Assembly (NCBI GenBank): GCA_020723505.1
Contig: DYIT01000001.1
Coordinates: 74,870 to 138,869, forward strand
DNA from: Candidatus Kuenenia stuttgartensis
GTDB lineage: Bacteria > Planctomycetota > JAKEIC01 > DYIT01
Direction of reading: 5' to 3'
Length of the DNA: 64,000 bases
Below the pieces are notes generated by a model. That model was not told the origin of the DNA, did not search any database, and saw only the letters and a list, made by a program, of their open reading frames with translations. Numbering within the stretch: position 1 is the stretch's first letter; the number at the start of each line of letters is the position of its first letter. This document shows positions 40,908-51,900 of the stretch, piece by piece. The translations under genes and the position numbers were made by a program.

Positions 40908-42425
40908 ATGAACGGCGAGCTTGAAGCTTCTGACGGTCCATTCCAGGCCAATGAGGAGGCCGAATCCGCGGAGGAGCGCGAAGGGAAGGACGCCTCTGAC
41001 GGAGGAGGCAGGATTCGGGAACTCGAAAACTGCCTGATTGATTGCCGCAAGAACCTGTCCATGAGACAAAGCGAAGCAGAGGCCCTCAGATGCCTGGCAG
41101 AGAAATACAGGGACGACCTGCTCTTTTCGAACGAGAATCTGAGAAGATCTGTCGACGAGATGGTTTCGATTCGCGAAAAGCAGGCCGGCATCAGGAGCGA
41201 ATTGGAACGGAAAACATACGAGCTCGAAAACATCAAGCGTACAATCAGCTTCCGCGCAGTGCACAGGATTAGAAAGACATGGCTCTTCGGGCTATACATG
41301 CGCATGAAGGGAATCGACCGCGAATCCGGGCATCCCGTCGAGCCGGAATCCTCCACCTGCCAGTCCGGCGATTTTGCCCGGCACCCGCCGGAATCGCCGC
41401 AAAGGAGGGATTGGGGAAGCTTTTCCGAGGAAGAATGCGCCTGGATCGACAAGACGCGCCGCAATCCCGCGCCCCTGTCCGTCAACAATCCGCATTGGCT
41501 TGGAATCAGAAGCTCCGCTTCGCAGCTTTTCAGGGAGTTGTTCTTTCTCGAAGACAATCTCGACGAAGAGCGGGGCATGCATTACGCCAGATTATTCGCA
41601 GAAGCACGGCCGGCCTCGCTCGCAATCCAAGGGTTTCCTCTGACCTATGTGCATCTGGTTGACGGCCTCCGAAAAGCCGCTCCGGCAATGCCGCTCTACA
41701 TCATATGGCATGGGAGTTTCGTCCAGTCCCAGGAGGACTACAACTGGAAAGGATATCGGATATCGATTGATCTCTGCCGGAGCGGCGTCGTCAGGAGAAT
41801 CGGATTCGTGAAGAAAGGCATGGCCGAGGTCCACATCGCGAAAGGAATCCCATCGGGATTCGTGATGAACTGCGTCCGCAGAATTCCGGAAAAGCCGTCT
41901 TCTCCCCTCGCCGGTGGTCCGCATCTCGGGCTCTGGAGCCCGCTGGATTTCTGGAGGAAGCCTCCGTATGCGATGCTCGCGGCCGCGGGCACGATAGAGA
42001 ATTCCGTTGTACATGCGTCTAGCTTCAGCCCAAGGGCCTTGGAGTTTGCCGGATTGATGGGCGTCAGGCTCGCTGATATCTCGGAAAAGCCGATTTCGCA
42101 GGAAGACATGCCTGGAATCCTTTCCGGAATGCACCTGAACCTGTACGTCACGCTGAGCGAGTGCGCACCCATGCTCCCCCTCGAGAGCCTGTCCGTCGGT
42201 GCGCCATGCCTCATCGGGCCGGTGTCCCATCTGTTCGAGGACGACGCGTACCTTTCTTCCATGCTCGTGGTCGACAGGCCTGACGAGTCCTGGCGAATAA
42301 GGGCATGGGCCCTTCGCGCCCTCGAGGAAAGGGACTCGATTGTGGAAGCCTACAGGAAATACGCCCCGGGGTACAACATGCGGGCGGACAGGTCTCTCCG
42401 CGATTTCATCGAAATGGATGCTTAA
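40908..42425 (+). CDS. Coiled coil plus GT-B-like (GT4-related) protein
   Basis: N-terminal heptad region; YVTLSECAPMLPLESLSVGAPCL (E-x7-E-like motif). Confidence 0.65.
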   Translation: MNGELEASDGPFQANEEAESAEEREGKDASDGGGRIRELENCLIDCRKNLSMRQSEAEALRCLAEKYRDDLLFSNENLRRSVDEMVSIREKQAGIRSELERKTYELENIKRTISFRAVHRIRKTWLFGLYMRMKGIDRESGHPVEPESSTCQSGDFARHPPESPQRRDWGSFSEEECAWIDKTRRNPAPLSVNNPHWLGIRSSASQLFRELFFLEDNLDEERGMHYARLFAEARPASLAIQGFPLTYVHLVDGLRKAAPAMPLYIIWHGSFVQSQEDYNWKGYRISIDLCRSGVVRRIGFVKKGMAEVHIAKGIPSGFVMNCVRRIPEKPSSPLAGGPHLGLWSPLDFWRKPPYAMLAAAGTIENSVVHASSFSPRALEFAGLMGVRLADISEKPISQEDMPGILSGMHLNLYVTLSECAPMLPLESLSVGAPCLIGPVSHLFEDDAYLSSMLVVDRPDESWRIRAWALRALEERDSIVEAYRKYAPGYNMRADRSLRDFIEMDA

Positions 42426-42428
42426 TCA

Positions 42429-44567
42429 ATGTCGAAGATTTGTTTCGTCTCGTATGAATTGCATCCTTCGACATGGGGCGGATGCGGGGTTCTGCTGTAC
42501 AACGCCGCACATATTCTGCTGAAGGGAAATCATGAGGTTATCTTCCTCCTTGACGTGCCGCAGCGGGAATTCGAGAACTTCACGAAGAAGGACATATACT
42601 CGTTTCCCAATCACCAGAACTGCCGGGCCTACCTCGTGGACAGGTTGTGCGAAGACATGCAGCCAGGGGAGACCGACTTCTCCGGATGGAGCCTGTGGAA
42701 ATCATACAGGTTCTTCCATGCATGCAGGAAAGTCTGCCAGGTTGAATCGCCGGACGTCGTCGAGTTCTTCGACTATTGCGGCCCCGCCTATTACGCCCTC
42801 AATGCAAAGGTCGCCGGCCTCTGTTTCCGAAAGCAGCACATAGCGGTCAGACTCCACAATTCCAGGGAGATGATTGATGCGTTCGAGCCGACAAAACCGT
42901 TGAACTACGAGAATTACCTCATGTACGCCCTTGAGCACTTCTCTCTGAGGCTTGCCGAAAGCACGCTGTTCCCTTCGGAATCATATCTGAATCATTCTTA
43001 CCTGCCGCTCTACGAGGATTGGTTCGGCGCCAAAGAGCCCTCACAGTCCCCAATCGTGGATGCGCCCTCCCCGGGAAGGACGGGCGACACGAAGGACGTC
43101 GTCCTGTTCTATGGAAGGCTGTTCGCGTTCAAGGGAGCCGATGCCTTCGTGGACGCCGCCGTCATTTATCTCGACAATCCGGCAAACCCCAGGCTGGAAT
43201 TCCACCTGGTCGGATACGATTCAAATGAGACGCCCGTGCCCGCGCCCGACTACAGGTCTTACCTCGGCATGAAGATACCCGGCCCCCACAGGGCCCGATT
43301 CCATTTCCCCGGACATCTAAGCTGGAGGCAGCTTGGGGACCTCCTGCCCAGGGTGAGGTTCGCCGTGTTCCCCTCGCTCCTCGAATCCTTCTGCTATGCG
43401 GCTCATGAGCTGTACTCCGCGGGGATTCCGATTGTAGTCTCGGATATCCCGGGCTTCAGGGATTTCTTCAGGAATCTTGACAACGCCGTCGTATTTGACG
43501 GCTCAGTCATGGACCTCGCCCGGGCAATGCAGGTCCTTGCCTCCGATGAAGCGCTGAGATGCAGGATTACCAGGCCCTATCCCTCGGCGAACAATCCCCT
43601 GGGCGGCTTCTATGGCATGGATTCGCGCCGAAGCTGGATAAAGACCGGAACCGGGAACGGGAAGAAACCGGCCTTGCTGGTGTGTCTGATTGATGACGGC
43701 CAGGGCGACATCAATGCGACCGTGGATTCCGTCATCGGTTCCGGGATGAGCCGCATCGAACTGGTCGTGCTCCGTTCGCAGGGCCCCGGAACCGGCGACA
43801 GGCCAGCCGCCTGGTTCCTGGGCGGTATGTACCGCACGGAGTCGGCCTCCGGGAATCCGGTCAATCCGACGGAAATCCTTACCGAGGACGCCCTTCTCGT
43901 CCTCCTTGCAGGCGACAGGCTGTCCCCGGGTTTCCTTGATTCCGCAGCCGGCATCCTGGCCGGACAGGATCAGATATCCTTCGTCGGTTCCTGGAAGAAA
44001 GTCAGGACCGGAGATGCCTTTCAAATCGATACTTTCCCCCTGGATGCGATGCTCGAGGTCGTGCCGTTCATTTCGTATCCGCCCTTGTCACGTTGCGTCA
44101 TGAAAACCGTGAAGGGAAAACTCCTCTTGGATTTGTTTGCCAGACAGGCCGGTATCTACGGGGAGCTGGATTACCTCTGGCGACTGGAAACTGACCGGGC
44201 TTGCGGGATGGTGGTTCCCGAACCCCTGGTCGAGCAGAGGCGGTGGAACGCCGGTCAAATCGACCTCAAGACAATAAGTTATCTCCTGCTCAGGAATGGC
44301 TCTCATTGGAGGAAGGACAGGCTTGGGAAGCTTCTGCTCGTATGTGAGGGGCTCGGAGGGAAAAGCCTGGAGCCTGTCATAAGAAGAAAGGCTTCCAGCC
44401 TGCCGCAATCCGAAACAGGCGGGAATGACCGCCCGCCATGGGGAAAACCCGGATTCAATGACGTGTCGAGGCTTGCCGAGGAAATACTCAACGGAAGGGA
44501 ACTCGCCAGGCTTTCCCTGAGGAAGCTGCGACTGAAAATCCTGAGGCGCCTCGGAATCGGTAAGTGA
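42429..44567 (+). CDS. GT4 glycosyltransferase with degenerate GT2-like C-terminal domain
   Basis: GGCG, PDVVEFFDY, YGRLFAFKG, FPSLLESFCYAAHE. Confidence 0.8.
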   Translation: MSKICFVSYELHPSTWGGCGVLLYNAAHILLKGNHEVIFLLDVPQREFENFTKKDIYSFPNHQNCRAYLVDRLCEDMQPGETDFSGWSLWKSYRFFHACRKVCQVESPDVVEFFDYCGPAYYALNAKVAGLCFRKQHIAVRLHNSREMIDAFEPTKPLNYENYLMYALEHFSLRLAESTLFPSESYLNHSYLPLYEDWFGAKEPSQSPIVDAPSPGRTGDTKDVVLFYGRLFAFKGADAFVDAAVIYLDNPANPRLEFHLVGYDSNETPVPAPDYRSYLGMKIPGPHRARFHFPGHLSWRQLGDLLPRVRFAVFPSLLESFCYAAHELYSAGIPIVVSDIPGFRDFFRNLDNAVVFDGSVMDLARAMQVLASDEALRCRITRPYPSANNPLGGFYGMDSRRSWIKTGTGNGKKPALLVCLIDDGQGDINATVDSVIGSGMSRIELVVLRSQGPGTGDRPAAWFLGGMYRTESASGNPVNPTEILTEDALLVLLAGDRLSPGFLDSAAGILAGQDQISFVGSWKKVRTGDAFQIDTFPLDAMLEVVPFISYPPLSRCVMKTVKGKLLLDLFARQAGIYGELDYLWRLETDRACGMVVPEPLVEQRRWNAGQIDLKTISYLLLRNGSHWRKDRLGKLLLVCEGLGGKSLEPVIRRKASSLPQSETGGNDRPPWGKPGFNDVSRLAEEILNGRELARLSLRKLRLKILRRLGIGK

Positions 44568-44576
44568 AGGAGCTTC

Positions 44577-45281
44577 ATGGCGAAACGAAGATACCCGCTG
44601 GAATTCATCCGGGAGGTTCCGGATTGGCTCGACAGCGCCAAACCGTTGCCCTCGTGCGAAGAGCTTGCGAGGGCATCGGGAATAATCGCGGGATTCCTGC
44701 ATCGCGGGGTGAATCCGCCCTATATGCTCGACATAATCAGAGGATTCAGACTGATTCGTAACGCGAGGCGTTACGCAGGAGTAGGCACGGCCGGCAAAGG
44801 CAACATCGCCTATGCGTCGCATCTGCTCGCGGAGAACGCCAAAATCTACGACATCGACGATAAAAGAGACCCGGAGATGACAATCAAGGCCAGGAAGATG
44901 TTGAAAGCAAATCAGGAACTTATAACCATAATCGGCCAATCGGATGACCCTGCGACCATACGGGAACTGACCGTCGCGCTCGGAGAGGAAAAACTGGACG
45001 CCGTATTCATCGATGCCGACCATGCGGCTGATTCAGTGCTGGGGGATTATGCAGCCTATTCCCCTATGGTCAGGGATGGCGGGGTCGTCATGATTCACGA
45101 CGTATACTGGCGAGGCGACGATGCGGCATTCGGGTCGAGCATCGCGATGGAGCAAATCGACCGTCTGAGGCCGGTCTACGTCGTTTTCGCCGACCATCCC
45201 ATACACCGTTTCCTCCCCTGGCTGACAAAAAGCGATTGCGTATGGGGAGGGATTGGAATATCACGGATTCAGAAGGATTAA
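44577..45281 (+). CDS. Methyltransferase-like protein (Methyltransf_24-type)
   Basis: LDAVFIDADH, DYAAYSPMVRDGGVVMIHD, WGGIG; SAM motif I divergent. Confidence 0.7.
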   Translation: MAKRRYPLEFIREVPDWLDSAKPLPSCEELARASGIIAGFLHRGVNPPYMLDIIRGFRLIRNARRYAGVGTAGKGNIAYASHLLAENAKIYDIDDKRDPEMTIKARKMLKANQELITIIGQSDDPATIRELTVALGEEKLDAVFIDADHAADSVLGDYAAYSPMVRDGGVVMIHDVYWRGDDAAFGSSIAMEQIDRLRPVYVVFADHPIHRFLPWLTKSDCVWGGIGISRIQKD

Positions 45282-45282
45282 C

Positions 45283-46257
45283 ATGATTCTGCTTGCGGGC
45301 GGGGCGGGGTACATAGGAAGCCACACGGCGCTGTACCTCGCGGAAAAAGGCGTGCCGTTCGCCGTGTACGACAACCTGTCCAGGGGCCACCGCGAATCCG
45401 CCCTCGGATGGGAGATTATCGAGGGCGACATCGGGGACGCCCAGAGGCTCGCCGCGCTCATGCGCGACCTCAAGGTGGACGCCGTAATCCACTTCTGCGC
45501 ATACGCCCTGGTCGGCGAGTCCATGCGCTTCCCCGGCATGTACTACGAGAACAACGTCGCGAACGGGATTTCCCTGCTTCGCGCCATGGTCGAAGCGAAG
45601 GTGCAGAACCTCGTCTTCTCCTCCTCTTGCGCGGTCTACGGCGAGCCTTCCGCCGAGTTCATCGGCGAGAGCCTCCCCCACAATCCGGTCAACCCGTACG
45701 GCGAAACCAAGAGGATATTCGAGAACATGCTCGACTGGTTCGACCGCGCCTACGGGCTCCGGTCGGTAAGACTCCGTTACTTCAACGCCGCGGGAGCCGA
45801 CGAGAAGGCGAGAATAGGCGAGAGCCACGATCCCGAAACCCACCTGATTCCTCTCGTGCTGAAAGCCGCCTCGGGCGAGAGGAAATCCGTGAGCATCTTC
45901 GGAACCGACTACCCCACGCCCGACGGCACCTGCATCCGCGACTACGTCCACGTGACCGACCTCGCGCAGGCCCACCTGGCCGCATGCGAATACCTGCGTG
46001 AAGGCGGGCGGACCGCCGCATTCAACCTGGGCTACGGCAGAGGATACTCCGTCAGGGAGATCATCGACGCATGCAGGAAGGTTTCCGGCAGGGAGTTTGC
46101 AGTGGAAGAGGCGCCTCGCAGGCCCGGCGACCCCCCGCGGCTCGTGGCGGACAACCGCAGCATAAGGACGGCGCTTCCCGATCTCGAATTCAGGTTCGAC
46201 GATTTGGGAAAGATCATCGGCACCGCCTGGGAATGGGAGAAGAACAGGCGGTTCTGA
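45283..46257 (+). CDS. galE: UDP-glucose 4-epimerase
   Basis: GGAGYIGSH, FSSSCAVYG, YGETK, LRYFNAAGA, GTDYPTPDGTCIRDYVHV. Confidence 0.95.
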   Translation: MILLAGGAGYIGSHTALYLAEKGVPFAVYDNLSRGHRESALGWEIIEGDIGDAQRLAALMRDLKVDAVIHFCAYALVGESMRFPGMYYENNVANGISLLRAMVEAKVQNLVFSSSCAVYGEPSAEFIGESLPHNPVNPYGETKRIFENMLDWFDRAYGLRSVRLRYFNAAGADEKARIGESHDPETHLIPLVLKAASGERKSVSIFGTDYPTPDGTCIRDYVHVTDLAQAHLAACEYLREGGRTAAFNLGYGRGYSVREIIDACRKVSGREFAVEEAPRRPGDPPRLVADNRSIRTALPDLEFRFDDLGKIIGTAWEWEKNRRF

Positions 46258-46344
46258 ATCCAGAGCGCCTTCCGCGAGTAAGCTTTTGTCCTGGAGCCTT
46301 GATGGAATCCTTCGGCGCAGTCGGCTTCTTCAGCGTCGTCAGTT

Positions 46345-47499
46345 TCATTGAGGACATCCGCCTTGTGAAGGGCTGACGACCGGCCGGTCTGCTTCAGCGT
46401 ATCTGGTCAGCATCCCCGGAACGGTCGGGGAAAAGGCGTAGCATCGCCTGCAGTTGGCGTTCGAAAGCGGCTCTTTTCCGGCAAGTTGCGAACGGAGGGA
46501 TTTGTAGGCGGGTCCGTTCCAGATTTCCCCGAACGGCATGTCCCGCAGATTGCCCATCACCTCCTCTGACACGCAGCACGGCTTGACGTTGCCGTTGAAT
46601 TCGATGAATACCGTGCTCCACGGCGCCACGCACGTTTCCGGAAATCCCCAGTGATGCTCTTGGAGGATTCTGTCGGCAGCGGAGACCTCTTTCAAAGTCG
46701 GGAAGAATCTTCGCATTTCGGCGGCACCCTCAGTGTCGAAGAAATCAGGCGCCACGAGCCGGATCCCCAGCTTCCGCGCCAGTACGCGCGCCCTCCAGAG
46801 GACCTGGTTTCCCTCTTCGGGCTTGGAGCACAGGGAATACCGTTCAAGCCCCTCCTTGAGAACGACGAGATGTTGCATGTGAACCGTCTCGGCGCAGTAT
46901 TCCGCGGCCAGGTCGAGAATTCCCCCGATCTCCCCTGCGCTCACTGTCGAGAGGACGGTGACGAATTCGAGCGCCATACTGATCCCCGAATCCCCGTCAT
47001 TCCGCCTCCTGATTACGGCCAAAGCGTCCTTGAGCCGGTCCATGGACGCGCCGCCCCTCAGCCTCCGGTAGGCGTCCGCCGCGGCCGCGTCGACCGACAA
47101 CCTCAATATCCCCTCGTGTCTCGCAAAAAAATCGATTGTGCGGTAGTCAAGGTTCTGTCCGTTCGTCACAAGGAGAGGATGCAGCTTGTATCGCCCAACT
47201 GCCCGGAGCACGTCGTGCCACGCGTCCATCAGGAGGGAATCACCAAGACCGTTTAGGGCGGCCAGGACCGCCGTGGGGAATAACTCCCGTTCAACGGTTC
47301 TGAACAGATCCATGCCCATGTCTGCGCCTCCCGTGCCCATCCCGGCTGATGTCCGGGGACACATGAAGCACCTGAAATTGCAGCGCCGGGTCAACTCCAG
47401 GAAGACCTGGCCTGGAAGCGTCCGGCAGCTCGTTTCTCCCGCGGCCGCTTCCAGGCTGTTGGCCCGCATGTTTTCTATCTGCTTCTGGCTTTTCTCCAT
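46345..47499 (-). CDS. Radical SAM/SPASM domain protein
   Basis: CNFRCFMC (Cx3Cx2C), TNG; SPASM CVAPW..GNVKPCC..MGNL..EIWNG..CRRC. Confidence 0.9.
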   Translation of the reverse strand: MEKSQKQIENMRANSLEAAAGETSCRTLPGQVFLELTRRCNFRCFMCPRTSAGMGTGGADMGMDLFRTVERELFPTAVLAALNGLGDSLLMDAWHDVLRAVGRYKLHPLLVTNGQNLDYRTIDFFARHEGILRLSVDAAAADAYRRLRGGASMDRLKDALAVIRRRNDGDSGISMALEFVTVLSTVSAGEIGGILDLAAEYCAETVHMQHLVVLKEGLERYSLCSKPEEGNQVLWRARVLARKLGIRLVAPDFFDTEGAAEMRRFFPTLKEVSAADRILQEHHWGFPETCVAPWSTVFIEFNGNVKPCCVSEEVMGNLRDMPFGEIWNGPAYKSLRSQLAGKEPLSNANCRRCYAFSPTVPGMLTRYAEADRPVVSPSQGGCPQ

Positions 47500-47719
47500 G
47501 CCCCTTCCCGTCTCGTCCCGGCACCCGACGGACTGATATTTCCCCTGCCGGACGAACCGGACTGTTCATATCCTCGGTCCGTCATTGAATCCTCACTGAT
47601 ATCGTTTATCATAACTCATTGCCGTGCCTTTACGACGGGATCCGGCATCTTTGCGGATTCAAACCGCCCCGCGAGGATAACTAACGCTACCGGCTTTACG
47701 GCATTTCCGGATTGGTACC

Positions 47720-48940
47720 ATGAGCGAAGGCGTTACGGTCAACGACATCAACGTGGGGGAGATTTCCTGGAGAATCGTTCCAGGCCAGGAATTCCTGCCC
47801 TCTTCCAACTTCCTCTCGGGAATCGAGCTGCTCGTGGCCACTTTCGCGAGGGAAAACACCTGCAGGCTCGTCCTGAAAGTCGTCAGAATCAATGACGGTA
47901 TTAAGGAAGAGATTCGCACCGTCGAAAGACCAGCCTCCGCGTTCAAGGACAACTGTTGGCACCTGTTCGATTTCAAGCCCATCCCGGATTCCGCAGGGAC
48001 GACCATTTATTTCTATTTAGAGTCCCCCGACTCGAACGAAGGTGACGCGCTGACGGTCTGGGCAAACTCATCAGTCGCCCCTCCAGGCTGCAGGATGCAC
48101 ATGAACCACCTGCCGGTGCCGGGGAGCCTATGTTTCAAGCCCCTGTACACTCCGCTCGTCGACGCCGCTTTCAAGGAGGAGTGGGAACGGTGGGCGGGGA
48201 GCGCGCAGACCGCCTTTGCGATGGTGGACGGAAGCCGCACGGAAGAGGATTTGAGGCAGCGCGGCGGAATGGTGGCTTCCGTTCTGAAAGACGCTCTTGC
48301 AATCGATTCCTCCCACGAGGTACTTGAAATCGGCTGCGGCGTGGGAAGGATCAGCCGCGAACTCGCTCCTCATTCAGGCCGCTTCACGTGCGTCGACATA
48401 TCGGAGGGCATGCTGCGCTTCGCAAGCCGGAGAATGGAGCACCTGAGAAACGTCTCCTTCCACTCGCTGAGCGAGAAACCACTCGACGAATTCCCCGCGT
48501 TCTGCATGGACAGGATTCTGAGCCATCTCGTCTTCTTCCACCTCCCCAGGGAGCAGGTTTTCTCGTATCTGAAGCAGGTCGCCCGCCTTCTCGCGCCCGG
48601 GGGCGCCTGCTATTTCGACACCTGGAATCTCGCCTATCCGTCCACGTTCCAAAGGTGGCTTGCCGAGGTCGACATGTACAGGGGCAAAGAAAAACCGAAA
48701 TCCTACAACCGCTTCTGCACCCGGCAGGAAATCGACATCCTGGTCAAGATGTCAGGCCTCAGATCCGTCTGCGTCGTCGAGTCCGCCCTTCTCATGTACA
48801 TCGTTGAACGCGCCGGAACGCCTTCCGAGGCCTCCTTCCGGGCTCCAGCCCCCAGGACGCTTAAACGCATGGAAGAAGTCGCTTTGTTTTACATCGGTTC
48901 GGATGGCTCCGGAAAGTCCTCAAATGCAGAAGGATCCTAG
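47720..48940 (+). CDS. Class I SAM methyltransferase with N-terminal beta-sandwich-like domain
   Basis: VLEIGCGVGR, VDISEGML, LVFFHL, RLLAPGG; N-terminal GQEF..DNCW..FKPIPDSAG domain. Confidence 0.85.
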   Translation: MSEGVTVNDINVGEISWRIVPGQEFLPSSNFLSGIELLVATFARENTCRLVLKVVRINDGIKEEIRTVERPASAFKDNCWHLFDFKPIPDSAGTTIYFYLESPDSNEGDALTVWANSSVAPPGCRMHMNHLPVPGSLCFKPLYTPLVDAAFKEEWERWAGSAQTAFAMVDGSRTEEDLRQRGGMVASVLKDALAIDSSHEVLEIGCGVGRISRELAPHSGRFTCVDISEGMLRFASRRMEHLRNVSFHSLSEKPLDEFPAFCMDRILSHLVFFHLPREQVFSYLKQVARLLAPGGACYFDTWNLAYPSTFQRWLAEVDMYRGKEKPKSYNRFCTRQEIDILVKMSGLRSVCVVESALLMYIVERAGTPSEASFRAPAPRTLKRMEEVALFYIGSDGSGKSSNAEGS

Positions 48941-51900
48941 AACCGGATTCATTTTCCTGGAATCCCCCCCGGCAGGCCCGGCACTGGTGGTGGCTCCGCA
49001 CCCGGACGACGAGACGCTCGGCGTCGGCGGGATTATCGCCATGCACCGGGCCAGAGGAGACCGGGTGGACGTGCTCCTTCTCACAAACGGCAGTTCGGGG
49101 GACCCTGGTCGGGGGGACACAAGGTTGAAGGAATTCCAGCGGGCGGTCTCCGTGCTGGGCGTAAGCGGCTGGGAACACGTGGGACTTCCCGACGGCGGGC
49201 TCGAATCGGCCGCTGACTTGGACTCGGTGATTTCATCCAGAATAGAAACTCTCAAGCCTGCCGTCTTGTACTGCCCCTCCCCGTTCGATCAGCACGCCGA
49301 TAACGCCACGACCGGAAAAGCCTGCTCCGTTGCCGCAAGGCTTTTCGCGGAGCCCCCCGTCCTCGCCTTCTATGAGGTCGGATCCCCAATCCTGGCCACT
49401 CATATAGTCGATGTCACCTCCGTGGAGAAGACGAAGGTTCTGGCGATGGGCTCATACGAGAGCCGGTCGGCGGTTTTCGATTGCATCGCAGCCATCCGGG
49501 GCAGGGACAGTTTCAGGTCTTTCGGAACCCCCCCAGGCTGCCGCTTCGCAGAAGCCCTCTGTCTGGAGAAGATCTCCTCACCGCCCAGGCCGCCCGAGCA
49601 CGAGGATTCAATCTCTGCAATCGAGCAGCCCGGATTGACCGCGACCGATGTATCCAGATTGTCGGTCATCGTCAGGTCGTACAAAAGGCCCTTTCTTCTG
49701 GCGGAAGCGCTTCTGAGCATCGCCTCGCAGGACGCGGGCGGGATGGAAGTGGTGCTCGTCAACGCGGGCTGCGACGACCTGGGGCCTGTAATCAGGCGAT
49801 TTGACGGGGTGCTGAACGTGAAAGTCGTGGATCCCGGCCGGGAATTGTCCAGGCCGGCTGCGCTCAACGCCGGCATCCGCGCATCCTCCCGCGAATTCAT
49901 CACATACCTGGACGACGACGACATCCACATGCCCGGCCATGCGCGGAGAATCGTGTCGGCGCTCGTCGCCGAGCCCGGCGAAATCGTCTATACGGGTGCG
50001 CTCGTTTCCGAGGCTGGATCATCCTCTGCCTGCAGGAAGATGGCCCTTCCATGGAATCCGTCGCTCCTCCTGTTCGGGAACTACATCCCGCTAATCTGCC
50101 TGGGGCACGCAAAGTCCGTGTGGATGGATGCAGGTGGGTTCGACGAGACCCTCTCGCGTTTCGAGGACTGGGACTTTCTCCTCAGGCTGTCCAGGAAGCA
50201 CACCTTCCGCCTGCTGCCCCATGTGACCGCGGAGTATCGCTTACGGCCTGAGTCGCGGAACGAAGGCGCAGAAGATTTCGAAAAAGTCTTCCAGCGCCAC
50301 CGGGCGGAAATCACCCCTGCGGACTGCAGAGCCGCAATGGATATCATGAACCTAGAAATCCGCCGACTGGGCGAGGTGAACGAGCGGATTTCAAGGAGGA
50401 CTTCAAGGCTGGAAGAGGAAGCAGCCGCGCTGGAAAAAACCCTCAATCGCCAGTCGGCGGACTTGCGCTGCCCGGACGAAATAAAGAAAACGGCGTTGGC
50501 TCTTTCCAGGGAAATCTATGTCAAGCGCGCTGAAAACATGAGGATGCAGAAAAGAATGGAAAGCGCACTCAGGAAGGCTTCCTCTTCCTCCATGTCGGTT
50601 GTTTCCCATTCCTCCGCAGGCGCCGCCGGGCCCCGGAAAGACCTGCTGGCGCTCAGGATGTCTTCCACTTCCGGCTGGAGGAGGACCCTCCTCGCCGGCA
50701 TCTGGGTCCTGCTCCACCAGGGGCCGGGGATATTCGGCAGGAAGCTCGTCAAATATGTCCTCGGACGCAGGGAGCCGTCGCCCGGGCTGGACGGGTATCA
50801 CTGGTGGTTCATGGAGAATTACGCGAAAGCATACGACCCGGACCGCGCCGTCTCGGATGCGGCCGCCCTGGAATCCGCTCCAATCCTGAGCCTCATCATG
50901 CCCGTGTACAAGCCCGACATGCGCCTGCTGCGCGAGGCTGTCGATTCCGTGCTGGCGCAATCGTACCCGAAATGGGAGCTTTGCATCGCCGACGACGGAT
51001 CCGGGATTCCTGAACTATCCGCATATCTCGAAGGCCAGGCGGACCGCGACCCGCGCATACGGGTCACAGCCCTTCCCCGCAACATGGGCATAGCGCAGGC
51101 GACCAACGCCGCTTTCGGCCTCGCCTCAGGCGGCTTTGCCGGATTCATGGACCAGGACGACCTGCTTCCTCCCTGGGCGCTGCTGGACGTAGCCCGGATG
51201 ATTGGGCGGAATCCGGGGGCCGATATCTGTTATACCGACGAGGACAAGGTCGACTCCAAGGGCATCCACTCCGAACCATATCTCAAGCCCGACTGGTCGC
51301 CCGACCTCCTCCTGTCGCACAATTACATGTGCCACCTAATCTTCTACAGGCACTCCCTCCTGAAATCCGTCGGCGGGCTCAGACCGGGATTCGACGGAGC
51401 TCAGGACTATGACCTTGTACTCCGTATGACCGAGAAGTCGGACAGAATAGTCCATGTTCCGCGCATCTGCTACCACTGGAGGAAGACCAGCGGATCGACG
51501 GCGGTGCGATATTCGAACAAGCCCGACGCCGAAAATGCGACACTGAAAGCCCTGTCCGAAACCATGGACCGCAGGGGAGTCCGGGCAGAAGTGTCCAAAG
51601 GAATCTTCGCAGGTTCGTTCAGAGTCAGGAGGATTCTGGAGAATAAACCTCTCGTTTCCGTCCTCATTCCATCCCGCGACTCGCCCGACCTAATCCGGCA
51701 CTGCACGCAGTCAATATGGTCGAAGACCTCCTACGACAACTACGAGATCCTGGTCGCGGACAACGGATCCTCGGACCAGGACACCTTGGACTACCTGGCC
51801 GAAATGAGCCAGGCCGGCCGCATCAGAGTGATGCACTGCCCGGGACTCTTCAACTTCCCGGAGCTCAACAACCGCGCCGCCGAACAGGCCAGGGGCGAGG